Shown here: positions 40,198 through 48,197 of the stretch, in pieces
Layout of the letters: each line of letters starts with the position of its first letter
How positions within the stretch are numbered: the first letter of the stretch is position 1
DNA from: a virus
DNA: 64,000 bases
Virus record (IMG/VR): IMGVR_UViG_3300045988_058524
Coordinates: 85,118-149,117 of that record
Direction: 5' to 3' (one strand)
Notes under the pieces: generated by a model
Told to the model about the DNA's origin: nothing
The model's database searches: none
What the model saw: the letters and a program-made list of their open reading frames with translations, nothing else
Translations under genes and position numbers: made by a program

Positions 40198-40678
40198 ACT
40201 TGTTAATAATATCTAACTCTAATTCTTTAACTTTACTCTCATATAGAGAATCTTCAGCATATCCAATCCTATCTAGGAACCTATAATAGTCCTCTTCTGG
40301 ATCGTACCTACTTAGAATAAATTGCTTATAAGCAAATACACAGCTTATCCAACTGTCAAACTTGAAATAGGACATCGTTCTTGAATTATACAATCCGAAC
40401 AAATTATTGTTGTCCTTACAAAGTTTAGACTTGAAGTTACCAGATTCTAGAATAGCCTGAGCTGTTATGATAGCAGGACTTGGGAAATCATAGTGTTTAA
40501 GAGTATTATACAATACTTCCTCATTCACCTCCTCCATCAAATAGAATGGATGTTCCGGCATCAGCATAATTTTCTCCTCTGGAAACCTCGCAGAATGTAT
40601 CCAGTGGTGCAAGGAATAACCAGTTGCAAATCCGAATACAATACTAATCATTAAAATAATTAAAACTCTCTTTTTCAT
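40181..40678 (-). CDS. membrane-anchored glucosaminidase-domain peptidoglycan hydrolase
   Basis: N-terminal TM helix. AQAILESGNFKS...NNLFGL resembles the FlgJ/lysozyme-subfamily-2 glucosaminidase motif. Confidence 0.5.
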   Translation of the reverse strand: MKKRVLIILMISIVFGFATGYSLHHWIHSARFPEEKIMLMPEHPFYLMEEVNEEVLYNTLKHYDFPSPAIITAQAILESGNFKSKLCKDNNNLFGLYNSRTMSYFKFDSWISCVFAYKQFILSRYDPEEDYYRFLDRIGYAEDSLYESKVKELELDIINKYGSPD

Positions 40679-40971
40679 ATCTCAATAGAATTAATAAATC
40701 TTGCATCATTACATAGTTGATAAACAACTTTATCAAGTTCTGGGACATAGACTATATAATAGTAATCAAAGAATTGGTTATTATCTTCGAACCCTATAAT
40801 TATCCCTTTATGTCCACTATCTACCACACAGTCTCTAAATAAATATTTTGAAATATCTTGGCGGATGTCATCGTGGCCTGCCTGTAAAGCTGATATACCC
40901 CAGTAGGAAGTATTTGTACCCCTAACTTCCTTTCCTAATAAGTCCTTATCGTATGAAATCTCAGTAATCAT
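40675..40971 (-). CDS. hypothetical protein
   Basis: ORF track. Confidence 0.3.
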   Translation of the reverse strand: MITEISYDKDLLGKEVRGTNTSYWGISALQAGHDDIRQDISKYLFRDCVVDSGHKGIIIGFEDNNQFFDYYYIVYVPELDKVVYQLCNDARFINSIEI

Positions 40972-41128
40972 GATGTTTTCTCAGGCTTATCCTTTTCTAT
41001 GTTAACTACTATCATAAGCTCGGAATTAGGATTCTCACGATTCTTCGCCTTCCTGGCATCTTCTTCGGTATCATACTGACCTATAATGAATGGGATATTA
41101 TTTCTGCACTTAATCAGGTAGTATTCCT

Positions 41129-41458
41129 TCATTTTTCAATTCCAAAATAACTCTTTAATAATTCTATATTCCCTTCCTTAAGATGTCTTATAATAGCTTT
41201 TCTCTCCTTTTCATAGAGAATAATCTTGCTTTCTAAGATATTTATCTTATGGTTGAAATTATTTTCATATTCTTCCAGAGCTTCGGCAATGACTTTAATC
41301 GCAGTACAATCCTTCATCATACTCTTCGTTATAATAGTCCTCGCTTCCACTATCATCTCCGATAGGATTCTCCCAGCCATACTTTTCCGCAGTAGCCTTA
41401 AATAATGGCAAATACATAGCATAGTTATCCTCTGGATAATCCTCCAAGCCTTCCTCAA
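41129..41458 (-). CDS. hypothetical protein (start probably internal)
   Basis: Overlaps 41295..41744 in another frame; likely starts at an internal Met. Confidence 0.25.
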   Translation of the reverse strand: MRKAWRIIQRITMLCICHYLRLLRKSMAGRILSEMIVEARTIITKSMMKDCTAIKVIAEALEEYENNFNHKINILESKIILYEKERKAIIRHLKEGNIELLKSYFGIEK

Positions 41459-41744
41459 GAACTCTATTCCATCTAAGAACTACAGCAAACATCAGACTTG
41501 CAGAAATACCTCTCTTGTCAAGGGCTTTTTCAAATCCGAACTCTACATCTTCTTTAAGTTGGGAAAGAATATTCTCTCTAGTCCACTCTTTGGGTTCAGG
41601 ATAAGGTTCATCACTATTCCACTTAAAACCTATTTTCTCTAACTGTTCCTGTGTCAGAAATTGAGCTAATCTAACTCCAAATCTATCGTCAAGAAATACA
41701 GACCATTCTTCGTAATTGTTTACGATTTCATCTAATGTTTTCAT
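41295..41744 (-). CDS. hypothetical acidic protein
   Basis: ORF track. Confidence 0.35.
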   Translation of the reverse strand: MKTLDEIVNNYEEWSVFLDDRFGVRLAQFLTQEQLEKIGFKWNSDEPYPEPKEWTRENILSQLKEDVEFGFEKALDKRGISASLMFAVVLRWNRVLEEGLEDYPEDNYAMYLPLFKATAEKYGWENPIGDDSGSEDYYNEEYDEGLYCD

Positions 41745-42070
41745 TATAATTCAGACAAATAAATGTTTTGAGGATATTCGTTAAATACTAGTAGAGTTAC
41801 TGGACAAATCCAAACTCTATCGTTATAATTCTTACTTTTACACAAGTAAGTAGCTCCATTCTCATCTTCTTCAATCTTAGATAGAACAATCTTAGCTACA
41901 GAAGGGTCAACCATCTGCAACCTAACAAATCTATCATCAAGAGAATCAAGAAGATTATCAGCCCCGCCAACCATAGCTAGCTCTCCTGGGTCTCCATCGA
42001 AATCTGGCCACCAATAAAACCAGACTCCTCCCACTTTTACAAATTCAAATGTTTTTCGCATTAAACACAA
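41744..42070 (-). CDS. hypothetical protein
   Basis: ORF track. Confidence 0.3.
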   Translation of the reverse strand: MCLMRKTFEFVKVGGVWFYWWPDFDGDPGELAMVGGADNLLDSLDDRFVRLQMVDPSVAKIVLSKIEEDENGATYLCKSKNYNDRVWICPVTLLVFNEYPQNIYLSEL

Positions 42071-42121
42071 ATTAAATTAAACAAAAAATACCCCAACAAC
42101 TTTCGCTGCTGGGGTACATAG

Positions 42122-42193
42122 TAACGCCAACGGGATTCGAACCCGTATGGCAGGCGTGAAAAGCCTAAATCCTAACCATTAGATGATGGCGCT
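42122..42193 (-). tRNA. tRNA-Glu(TTC)
   Basis: Acceptor AGCGCCA/TGGCGTT; anticodon loop TTTTCAC; T-arm ACGGGTTCGAATCCCGT. Confidence 0.8.
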
Positions 42194-42196
42194 ATC

Positions 42197-42871
42197 CTAC
42201 TGCACAATCAAGCTATAAGCTTCTTGCAACAGTTTAATAGTTGGAACCATACGGTTATCAACAACTATTATTTTATAAATGTTCAGAATTTCTTTGTAGG
42301 TTAAAGATGTACAAGTTAGAAATATCTGCACATCTTCGTTTACAGAACCATTTGACGATCCTAAATCTACTTTAATCATACTGGGTAATGTCCCAATCTG
42401 AGAAATATCCCAAGTAGATTTAGTTCTCCTGAAAACTTCCCGCTGTTTGGAAGTAAGTTGCTTTTCTTTCAATCTAGACTCAATAATAGTACCATCAAAC
42501 GTTAACGAACCTCCATCGGTATTACTATTATTTAATGCTAGCTGAATCTTCTGAACTGCAGAGTCTTTAGGTTTTGGCTTAAGTTGCACTCCTTCCTTCA
42601 AGCCCTTAATAATCTGCAATGAAGGAATAAAGTCTTTTATTTGAGTTGCATTCCATACAAGAAATTTTCCAGGACTATCCTTAACAGTAACTATATACTT
42701 AGTCCCTCCGTTCAATGGGATAATTACTTGTAAGTCTGCATCACTCATTTTACTTAAATGGTCTGATACTCTAACTTTGACGTTTCCAATGACAAAGTAG
42801 CGAGAAACAGTGGTTTCAGCTTCGATAATCTCGGAAGCTGTTGCTAATAAATACTTTTCTAATCTAGTCAT
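42197..42871 (-). CDS. hypothetical protein
   Basis: ORF track. Confidence 0.35.
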   Translation of the reverse strand: MTRLEKYLLATASEIIEAETTVSRYFVIGNVKVRVSDHLSKMSDADLQVIIPLNGGTKYIVTVKDSPGKFLVWNATQIKDFIPSLQIIKGLKEGVQLKPKPKDSAVQKIQLALNNSNTDGGSLTFDGTIIESRLKEKQLTSKQREVFRRTKSTWDISQIGTLPSMIKVDLGSSNGSVNEDVQIFLTCTSLTYKEILNIYKIIVVDNRMVPTIKLLQEAYSLIVQ

Positions 42872-42899
42872 AAATAATTAATCTATTAAATTACCAAAG

Positions 42900-42972
42900 A
42901 TCCCCCACTCGGATTCGAACCGAGGTCTCGAGATTACAAATCACGTGTTCTAACCAACTAAACTACAGGGGA
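42900..42972 (-). tRNA. tRNA-Thr(TGT)
   Basis: Acceptor TCCCCTG/TGGGGGA; anticodon loop TTTGTAA; T-arm CTCGGTTCGAATCCGAG. Confidence 0.7.
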
Positions 42973-42980
42973 ATAAATGC

Positions 42981-43016
42981 CGAGACTGGGGGATTCGAAC
43001 CCCAACCTTCACAGTG
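42981..43016 (-). pseudogene. tRNA 3'-half fragment (variable loop + T-arm + acceptor 3' strand)
   Basis: AAGGT-TGGGGTTCGAATCCCCC-AGTCTCGGCA. Same acceptor 3' strand (A/C-TCTCGG-CA) as the adjacent tRNA-Asp. No 5' half present. Confidence 0.4.
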
Positions 43017-43088
43017 CCGAGAGTACCAGACTCGAACTGGTGACCTTCGCATAGACAGTGCACTATTCTACCACTGAACTAACCCTCG
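43017..43088 (-). tRNA. tRNA-Asp(GTC)
   Basis: Acceptor CGAGGGT/ACTCTCG; D-arm GTTCAGTGGTAGAAT; anticodon loop CTGTCTA (unusual T37); T-arm ACCAGTTCGAGTCTGGT. Confidence 0.6.
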
Positions 43089-43099
43089 GTGTAACTGGA

Positions 43100-43651
43100 T
43101 TACTCCAGACTAATTAAACCCTTCTCTAACATAATATGGTGATTCGGACATAACCATACTAAATTATTCTCGTTGTTAATCTCCTTAATAAGAGTGTCTT
43201 CGTCAAATTCTAATATTCCTTTAAGATGATGTACTTCAAGTATTGCATCAAATTCATGATTATGACAATATTGACATACTTTCTCACGTTCGGAACTTTC
43301 TAATACTCTACGAGCATTAGTCCTTATTTCTTGACATTTAGATGATAAGTACTTCTGCCCAGATGTATAATAACCTAATGTTTTGTTACCAATTCCATTA
43401 AGTTCTTCCCAGCAACTACGACACATTTCTGAATCTTTATGCTTAGGTTTACCACATCTAGGACATATCTTGTTTTCATCGTGCTTTATCCTACCTCTAT
43501 TATTGTAAGAAGCAGCACACGAATGACTACAAAACTGTTTCTTCCTCACATCTGCGACCCTCTGATTATCTAGTACTTCGATTACCTTACCACATTCCTT
43601 ACAGTGGTTAGGATTCTCATAATACAATTTAAGAGATTGTTCTCGATTCAC
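43100..43651 (-). CDS. HNH homing endonuclease with N-terminal Zn ribbons
   Basis: HHLKGILEF...NLVWLCPNHH (HNH motif); several CxxC pairs. Confidence 0.65.
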   Translation of the reverse strand: MNREQSLKLYYENPNHCKECGKVIEVLDNQRVADVRKKQFCSHSCAASYNNRGRIKHDENKICPRCGKPKHKDSEMCRSCWEELNGIGNKTLGYYTSGQKYLSSKCQEIRTNARRVLESSEREKVCQYCHNHEFDAILEVHHLKGILEFDEDTLIKEINNENNLVWLCPNHHIMLEKGLISLE

Positions 43652-43788
43652 AGATAAGTTTAATTAATTTTAATGACAGTGTGATATGCAAGCCATTACA
43701 CCACAGCCTCGAAAATGCAGGTATTTATCTCGTTACACCTGCGAGTCCGGCAACCCTTTCTTATATACCGCGTGAGCTGGCGGTTTTG

Positions 43789-43862
43789 TAGGGCTAATCA
43801 GACTTGAACTGATAACCTCCACATTATCAGTGTGGTGCTCTAACCAGTTGAGCTATAGCCCT
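43789..43862 (-). tRNA. tRNA-Ile(GAT)
   Basis: Acceptor AGGGCTA/TAGCCCT; anticodon loop CTGATAA; T-arm ATCAGTTCAAGTCTGAT. Confidence 0.8.
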
Positions 43863-43868
43863 ATTATG

Positions 43869-44429
43869 TGGACCTAACGGGAGTCGAACCCGTGTCCAAA
43901 CAACCCTCGTTACAAGGATAACGTGCGTCTCATTTTTATTACATCAGCTAGGGAGTTCTAGCATTTAGGTAGTTTTATAAGTCTTACAAGAGTCCATACT
44001 AAGTATTTCTCTAGATGCTTATCTACAAGCTACCAAACTATAGGGCTGACCGAAGTCAACGTTCCACCACTCCATTTACGTTGGAGAACGGGATGATACT
44101 TTAGAGATTCGTCACATCTCATGGAACACATCTTCCATCTGTTTTATGACGTAGGAGATTCAGTCTTACTAACTCTTAGAGTGTTCTGATTAAGAGTATA
44201 TTACTAGGATTAGAGCCTAGCTCTCCATTATATCAATATACTCAACCTCTTCTGTTTCTAGGTCTCTCCCGTAACCCGACTTAGTTAATAGTGTCTACCA
44301 ACAAGCCAGCAGCTTAGGCTGCCATTCTTACAGGTGCAATTTCTGCAGTTATTTGTTTTCTTCGTTTAAAGAGATTGCGCTCTACACGTCCTTATAATTC
44401 GTAATCGCCTGTCAAATCCAAGTAGGCCC
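43869..44429 (-). ncRNA. tmRNA-like RNA (tRNA-like acceptor/T-arm ends enclosing ~490 nt)
   Basis: 5' end GGGCCUACUUGGAUUUGACAGGCGAUUACGAA parallels the tmRNA 5' consensus (E. coli GGGGCUGAUUCUGGAUUCGACGGGAUUUGCGAA). 3' end ACGGGTTCGACTCCCGT-TAGGTCC-A forms a T-arm plus acceptor strand pairing with the 5' GGGCCTA. All frames are closed by TAA/TGA. Candidate tag frame ...AEIAPVRMAA-TAA. Confidence 0.45.
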
Positions 44430-44438
44430 ATGTTCCCG

Positions 44439-45014
44439 TCAATTAGACGGGAGTTTACATTGTTTAATTATTTCCTTAGTAATTACGTTATTAGCTTCTC
44501 TAGATAACTTATTCAGTTTCTCTAGGTCAAACTCGCTAGATTGAAACTTGAATTGAATCCAAGTTGGCTCGCTTGGTCTATAATCTAACCAAGATTCACA
44601 GTCATCGGTTCCAAGAACTTCTCGTACCATAGCTAAAATACGTTCACCAGCAGCTTTAGTTTTTACGAATCCAGATAAATCATATCCAACACCTCTAGAA
44701 CTCCAGTATTCTCCTTCCTCTAGACGAATGTCTTTTGGTTTCCAATGCCAAGGAGAAATACCTTTTCTAGGATGGTCTATTCTTATAGCTTCTTCCTTTA
44801 CCCATTCAGAGTTTGGGTCAGACGGATTCTCTGGATAAGCTCCATACAAACACTTCATAGTAGGATTATCGCTCCTTACTTCAAAATGTATACCACAGTG
44901 CCTACAAGTACCAGAAGTTAAACCTCCTCCAGATACACAACTACCTTTAATGGCATCACAACCACAGTTGGGACAACCCCATTTTAGGTATTCGTCATAA
45001 AGTATTGATAACAT
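44439..45014 (-). CDS. hypothetical Cys-rich protein
   Basis: CPNCGC...CRHCG. Confidence 0.35.
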   Translation of the reverse strand: MLSILYDEYLKWGCPNCGCDAIKGSCVSGGGLTSGTCRHCGIHFEVRSDNPTMKCLYGAYPENPSDPNSEWVKEEAIRIDHPRKGISPWHWKPKDIRLEEGEYWSSRGVGYDLSGFVKTKAAGERILAMVREVLGTDDCESWLDYRPSEPTWIQFKFQSSEFDLEKLNKLSREANNVITKEIIKQCKLPSN

Positions 45015-45310
45015 TATTTATTGAGTTTAAATTCCACTTCTTTTAGAACAACATACATTTTACCATCCTCTTTCTGTTCAACAGAATTATTAGCTTGTAA
45101 AAAACTAATTATAAACTCCATAGGAATATGGTAACTATCAGTAACGAGCATACCACCATCAATATGATAGCGTTCTTTTCTTTCTAATCTAGTGGGATTA
45201 CCGTTTATAGTAATCTCACCAGAATATTCATTATCCTTATCTGGTTTTATTCCTTTTATATAAATAGAACATCCAGAATCAGCTAGATAAACTTGTTGTA
45301 TTACACTCAT
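45014..45310 (-). CDS. hypothetical protein
   Basis: ORF track. Confidence 0.3.
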   Translation of the reverse strand: MSVIQQVYLADSGCSIYIKGIKPDKDNEYSGEITINGNPTRLERKERYHIDGGMLVTDSYHIPMEFIISFLQANNSVEQKEDGKMYVVLKEVEFKLNK

Positions 45311-45726
45311 AACTTAGGAACATCAGAACGATTATCATGATAACCTTCGTCTCCAACAAGTTGAGCCAGACAACCATGCATATAAGGAACAAGCTCAGGT
45401 TTCTCCTTATAACACCTGTATAGCATCCAACTCATGGAATTTCCACTATGTCCTTTGTCGTAGTACGGAAGTTTGTCTTTGATAGCCTCAATCAGCTCAA
45501 ATAAGCTAGGATATTTCTCATAGAAGGCTTTACATTCCTCCAGACTCATTTCTTTGAAAAACTCAGAAAATGATAGAGCTTGCTTTATACAAGCCATTTC
45601 ATAATCGAATAGGTCATTTTCTTCAAATGTACCATTACCAGCTTCAATGAATAAACGATTGAAACGTTCAATTCTCTCCTGAAATTCTTTCGGAAGAGAT
45701 TCCTTCGTAAGATTCTTGAAATCCAT
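45307..45726 (-). CDS. hypothetical protein
   Basis: ORF track. Confidence 0.3.
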   Translation of the reverse strand: MDFKNLTKESLPKEFQERIERFNRLFIEAGNGTFEENDLFDYEMACIKQALSFSEFFKEMSLEECKAFYEKYPSLFELIEAIKDKLPYYDKGHSGNSMSWMLYRCYKEKPELVPYMHGCLAQLVGDEGYHDNRSDVPKL

Positions 45727-45757
45727 AATCTAATTTTAATTGTTAAAAATAACTTAG

Positions 45758-45824
45758 TAGCGGGATTCGAACCGACGACCTTCAGGTTATGAGCCTGACT
45801 AGCTACCTCTGCTATCATCCCGCG
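45758..45824 (-). pseudogene. tRNA-fMet(CAT)-like gene with ~7-nt deletion in the T-stem/acceptor 3' region
   Basis: Aligns with E. coli initiator tRNA (CGCGGG.TG...GGCTCATAACC.GAAGGTCGTCGGTTC.AATCC) then ends CCCGCTA. The 3' T-stem strand and part of the acceptor are missing. C1 is unpaired as in initiators. Confidence 0.4.
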
Positions 45825-46027
45825 ATATTACAAATGCTTTTTAATTAGTTTACAATGATTATACTCTCCTCCCCATCTAATAGGAAACTCTTTTTCCTTA
45901 GCCTCTTTATACTTCTCTGCCTGTTTCTTGTCTAAGAAGATTTGGCAATCAGTTTCATAATTTTGAGGAGCATTAGCTGGGTGATAATTTACTACATATA
46001 CTTTCATAATTTTTTAAATAAAGTTTG

Positions 46028-46100
46028 TGGACACGCAGGGACTCGAACCCTATCTTCCGGTGTGCAAAACCAGCGCTCTAGCCATTTGAGCTAACGGCCC
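46028..46100 (-). tRNA. tRNA-Ala(TGC)-like with mispaired acceptor stem (possibly degenerate)
   Basis: D-arm GCTCAAATGGCTAGAGC; anticodon loop TTTGCAC. Acceptor 5' GGGCCGT versus 3' CGTGTCC pairs only at 1-4, including G3-U70; positions 5-7 are mismatched. Confidence 0.4.
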
Positions 46101-46231
46101 ATTTTTGGGATTTTCTTTTTAATTGGTGACATACCCATAAATTTCCACTGTTAAGATTCCACAACTTAACAACACCAGATAAGTTTTTTTTTGTTTGAAT
46201 CATGTTCTAGTAGCATAAGTCCGCAACCATG

Positions 46232-46492
46232 CTACTCTCTCAGTTCATCGACTATCGTGTCAGAAAAGGTCTCTATGATTCCGCAGGGACTGGCTTTAAC
46301 CCCGAATGGATTTTTACCTTGCCAGGATATTATTACGTTTCTAGCACTCTGAATTGATTTAGCCTGTTTAATCTTATAATCACGAACTACTTCTTTCATA
46401 TAAGAGTTAAATTCCTTCATGTCTTTCCATGAAATCTCATTAGCTAGTTTTGGAGTTTGAAACATTTTGTACTTTTCTAATAGGTCTTTCAT
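46232..46492 (-). CDS. hypothetical protein
   Basis: ORF track. Confidence 0.3.
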   Translation of the reverse strand: MKDLLEKYKMFQTPKLANEISWKDMKEFNSYMKEVVRDYKIKQAKSIQSARNVIISWQGKNPFGVKASPCGIIETFSDTIVDELRE

Positions 46493-46619
46493 TTCTCTCT
46501 TTAGTTTTCAAAGCATTTTCACACGCTTGTTTCTTCATTACATATGGACAATCACAATTTCCACTGTAGTACCAACAACAATAATCACACTGATGCATAA
46601 TCTAATATAAGGTCAATAG

Positions 46620-46691
46620 CTGGGGCACATGGACTCGAACCATGATTCTTTGATTAACAGTCAAAAGTTCTGACCTTTGAACTATACCCCA
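46620..46691 (-). tRNA. tRNA-Asn(GTT)
   Basis: Acceptor TGGGGTA/TGCCCCA; anticodon loop CTGTTAA; T-arm CATGGTTCGAGTCCATG. Confidence 0.75.
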
Positions 46692-47008
46692 ATAGTTAAT
46701 TTTCTCCACGGGTGTAGATAAGTACCCTTTGGTACTTACCTTTTAGTAGTATCTTTACTCTAGACCTCTATAAGGAGGCGGAATAGTTCCAGAAACTAAC
46801 CATGTATAGCTCTTAGAACTCTGTTCAAAATACCACTTAGCAGCTTTCTTCACAACATTAATTACTTTCTTCATAACATCAAAGTTTAAAATTGTTAATA
46901 ATTAATCTAATTCAGAGCCACAAAAGGAGTTTAGTTGCGGAGGTAGGATTATTTCCAAATAAATTTATATGCAGTTTTCAATTTCCCTTTTACACATAAA
47001 CTAATCTT

Positions 47009-47584
47009 CTAGCGAACACCTCCATTATAAGTTTTAGCATAACCATTGTCTACTAACCAGTGTGCAGCATCGGCTATACTGTTCCAAGTCCTGATAAAAT
47101 TATTATTTAAATCATACTGAGATATTGATACAGGTTGCTTGCAACTTCCCAAATAAAATTTGTTCTTTGGTATATTGTTTATATTTATTACTTTAGAAAC
47201 TGTATCAACAGAACATTGCATTTTGGCGGAAACTTCAATCATTGTCATTCCGCTAGTATATAAAGATATTATTTCTTTATAATCGAATAAGATAGCTCCA
47301 TCGCCTCCCATAGTAGCATTATAGCCATTTGAGTATGTGTCTAGCTTATCTATAAATTGAATTTCATAAGAAGCTAATTCCTCATCATCACATTCATACA
47401 GCTACTCAACTATAAAGTTCTCAACACCATACTTATTCATGGCATCATATAAAGGTCTTTTGTTGCATCTTTCTTTCTAAAAGTCATAACAATGTTCCTT
47501 CCAGCGCTCTTCTATAGAAGTAGTAGTTTTTCCTACGTATCGCTTGCTATTAATTAAATTTGTAATGCAATAAATATATGCCAT
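47009..47584 (-). CDS. GIY-YIG homing endonuclease interrupted by two in-frame TAG codons (and TAG-terminated)
   Basis: Single frame reads MAYIYCITNLINSKRYVGKTTTSIEERWKEHCYDF-TAG-KERCNKRPLYDAMNKYGVENFIVE-TAG-LYECDDEELASYEIQ...MGGDGAILFDYKEI...GGVR-TAG. In-frame TAGs are at 47477-79 and 47402-04. Track pieces 47477..47740 and 47009..47311 lie in the same frame. Confidence 0.5.
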
Positions 47585-47604
47585 ATTTTTAAATTTAAAA
47601 TTAG

Positions 47605-47689
47605 AATCCGTGGAGGGATTCGAACCCTCATTAAAGATTTCTCTTTTCAGTTTTGCAGACTGATGGCTAAACCATTCACCCACACGGAT
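47605..47689 (-). tRNA. type II (Ser-like architecture) tRNA with GCA (Cys) anticodon and U73
   Basis: Acceptor ATCCGTG/CACGGAT. D-arm TGGGTGAATGGTTTAGCC resembles the tRNA-Ser(GCT) at 53358. Anticodon stem TCAGT/ACTGA with loop CTGCAAA. 17-nt variable hairpin AAAGA-GAAA-TCTTT. T-arm GAGGGTTCGAATCCCTC. Confidence 0.55.
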
Positions 47690-47690
47690 A

Positions 47691-47993
47691 TTAAGATTTA
47701 AAGTACTTCTCTCTAAATGGGATATTAAATAATGAATCATTAATATCCTTATCAGTTATTTCCCTATCTAGAGCCTTCTCCGCACATTCGCTACAGATAA
47801 ACACATGGTGGTCTGGATAATAATCTTTACCTCCCCCTTTGTAATAAGAGGAGAATTTCTTTGCAGCTTCTTTTTCAAAATTGGTTAGCTTAAAGTAATT
47901 TATTATCTTGTTCCAAACCTCATCAATAAACATTGGAGAGTTATGGTCTCCATAATAAAATTCTTTATTACATACTGTACACTTTATTTTCAT
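47691..47993 (-). CDS. hypothetical Zn-ribbon protein
   Basis: CTVCNKEF...CSECAEKA. Confidence 0.3.
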   Translation of the reverse strand: MKIKCTVCNKEFYYGDHNSPMFIDEVWNKIINYFKLTNFEKEAAKKFSSYYKGGGKDYYPDHHVFICSECAEKALDREITDKDINDSLFNIPFREKYFKS

Positions 47994-48008
47994 AAAACTT
48001 AAATTTTG

Positions 48009-48080
48009 AGTAGGTAATGAGAATCGAACTCACATCCTCGGCATGGCAAGCCGATGCACTAACCGTTGTGCTATACCTAC
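48009..48080 (-). tRNA. tRNA-Gly(GCC)
   Basis: Acceptor GTAGGTA/TACCTAC; anticodon loop TTGCCAT; T-arm GTGAGTTCGATTCTCAT. Confidence 0.8.
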
Positions 48081-48085
48081 AAATG

Positions 48086-48160
48086 TGCAGATAGAGAGAC
48101 TCGAACTCTCCCCTTCAGATTGGAAGTCTGACGTGCTCAAACCATTAACACCACATCTGC
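48086..48160 (-). tRNA. tRNA-Gly(TCC)
   Basis: Acceptor GCAGATG/TATCTGC; anticodon loop CTTCCAA; T-arm GAGAGTTCGAGTCTCTC. Confidence 0.7.
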
Positions 48161-48197
48161 ATAAGGAGAGTTATACGATACTCTCCTAAACGCTATC

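Noticed and set aside
41129-41744. Two track ORFs overlapping by 164 nt in different frames as evidence of a frameshifted gene
   Set aside because: The downstream ORF has a good internal Met (MMKDCTAIK) that reduces the overlap to about 25 nt. Ordinary gene overlap is more likely.
43869-44429. Alternative reading of the tmRNA-like locus as an intron-containing tRNA or a TAG-recoded ORF
   Set aside because: No D-arm follows the 5' acceptor strand, and every frame contains TAA/TGA.
45585-45818. Track ORFs 45585..45818, 56271..56456, 59695..59880 and the N-terminal part of 47477..47740 and 49023..49682
   Set aside because: They translate straight through tRNA genes (peptides such as GSNP/GFEP from the GGTTCGAATCC T-loop).
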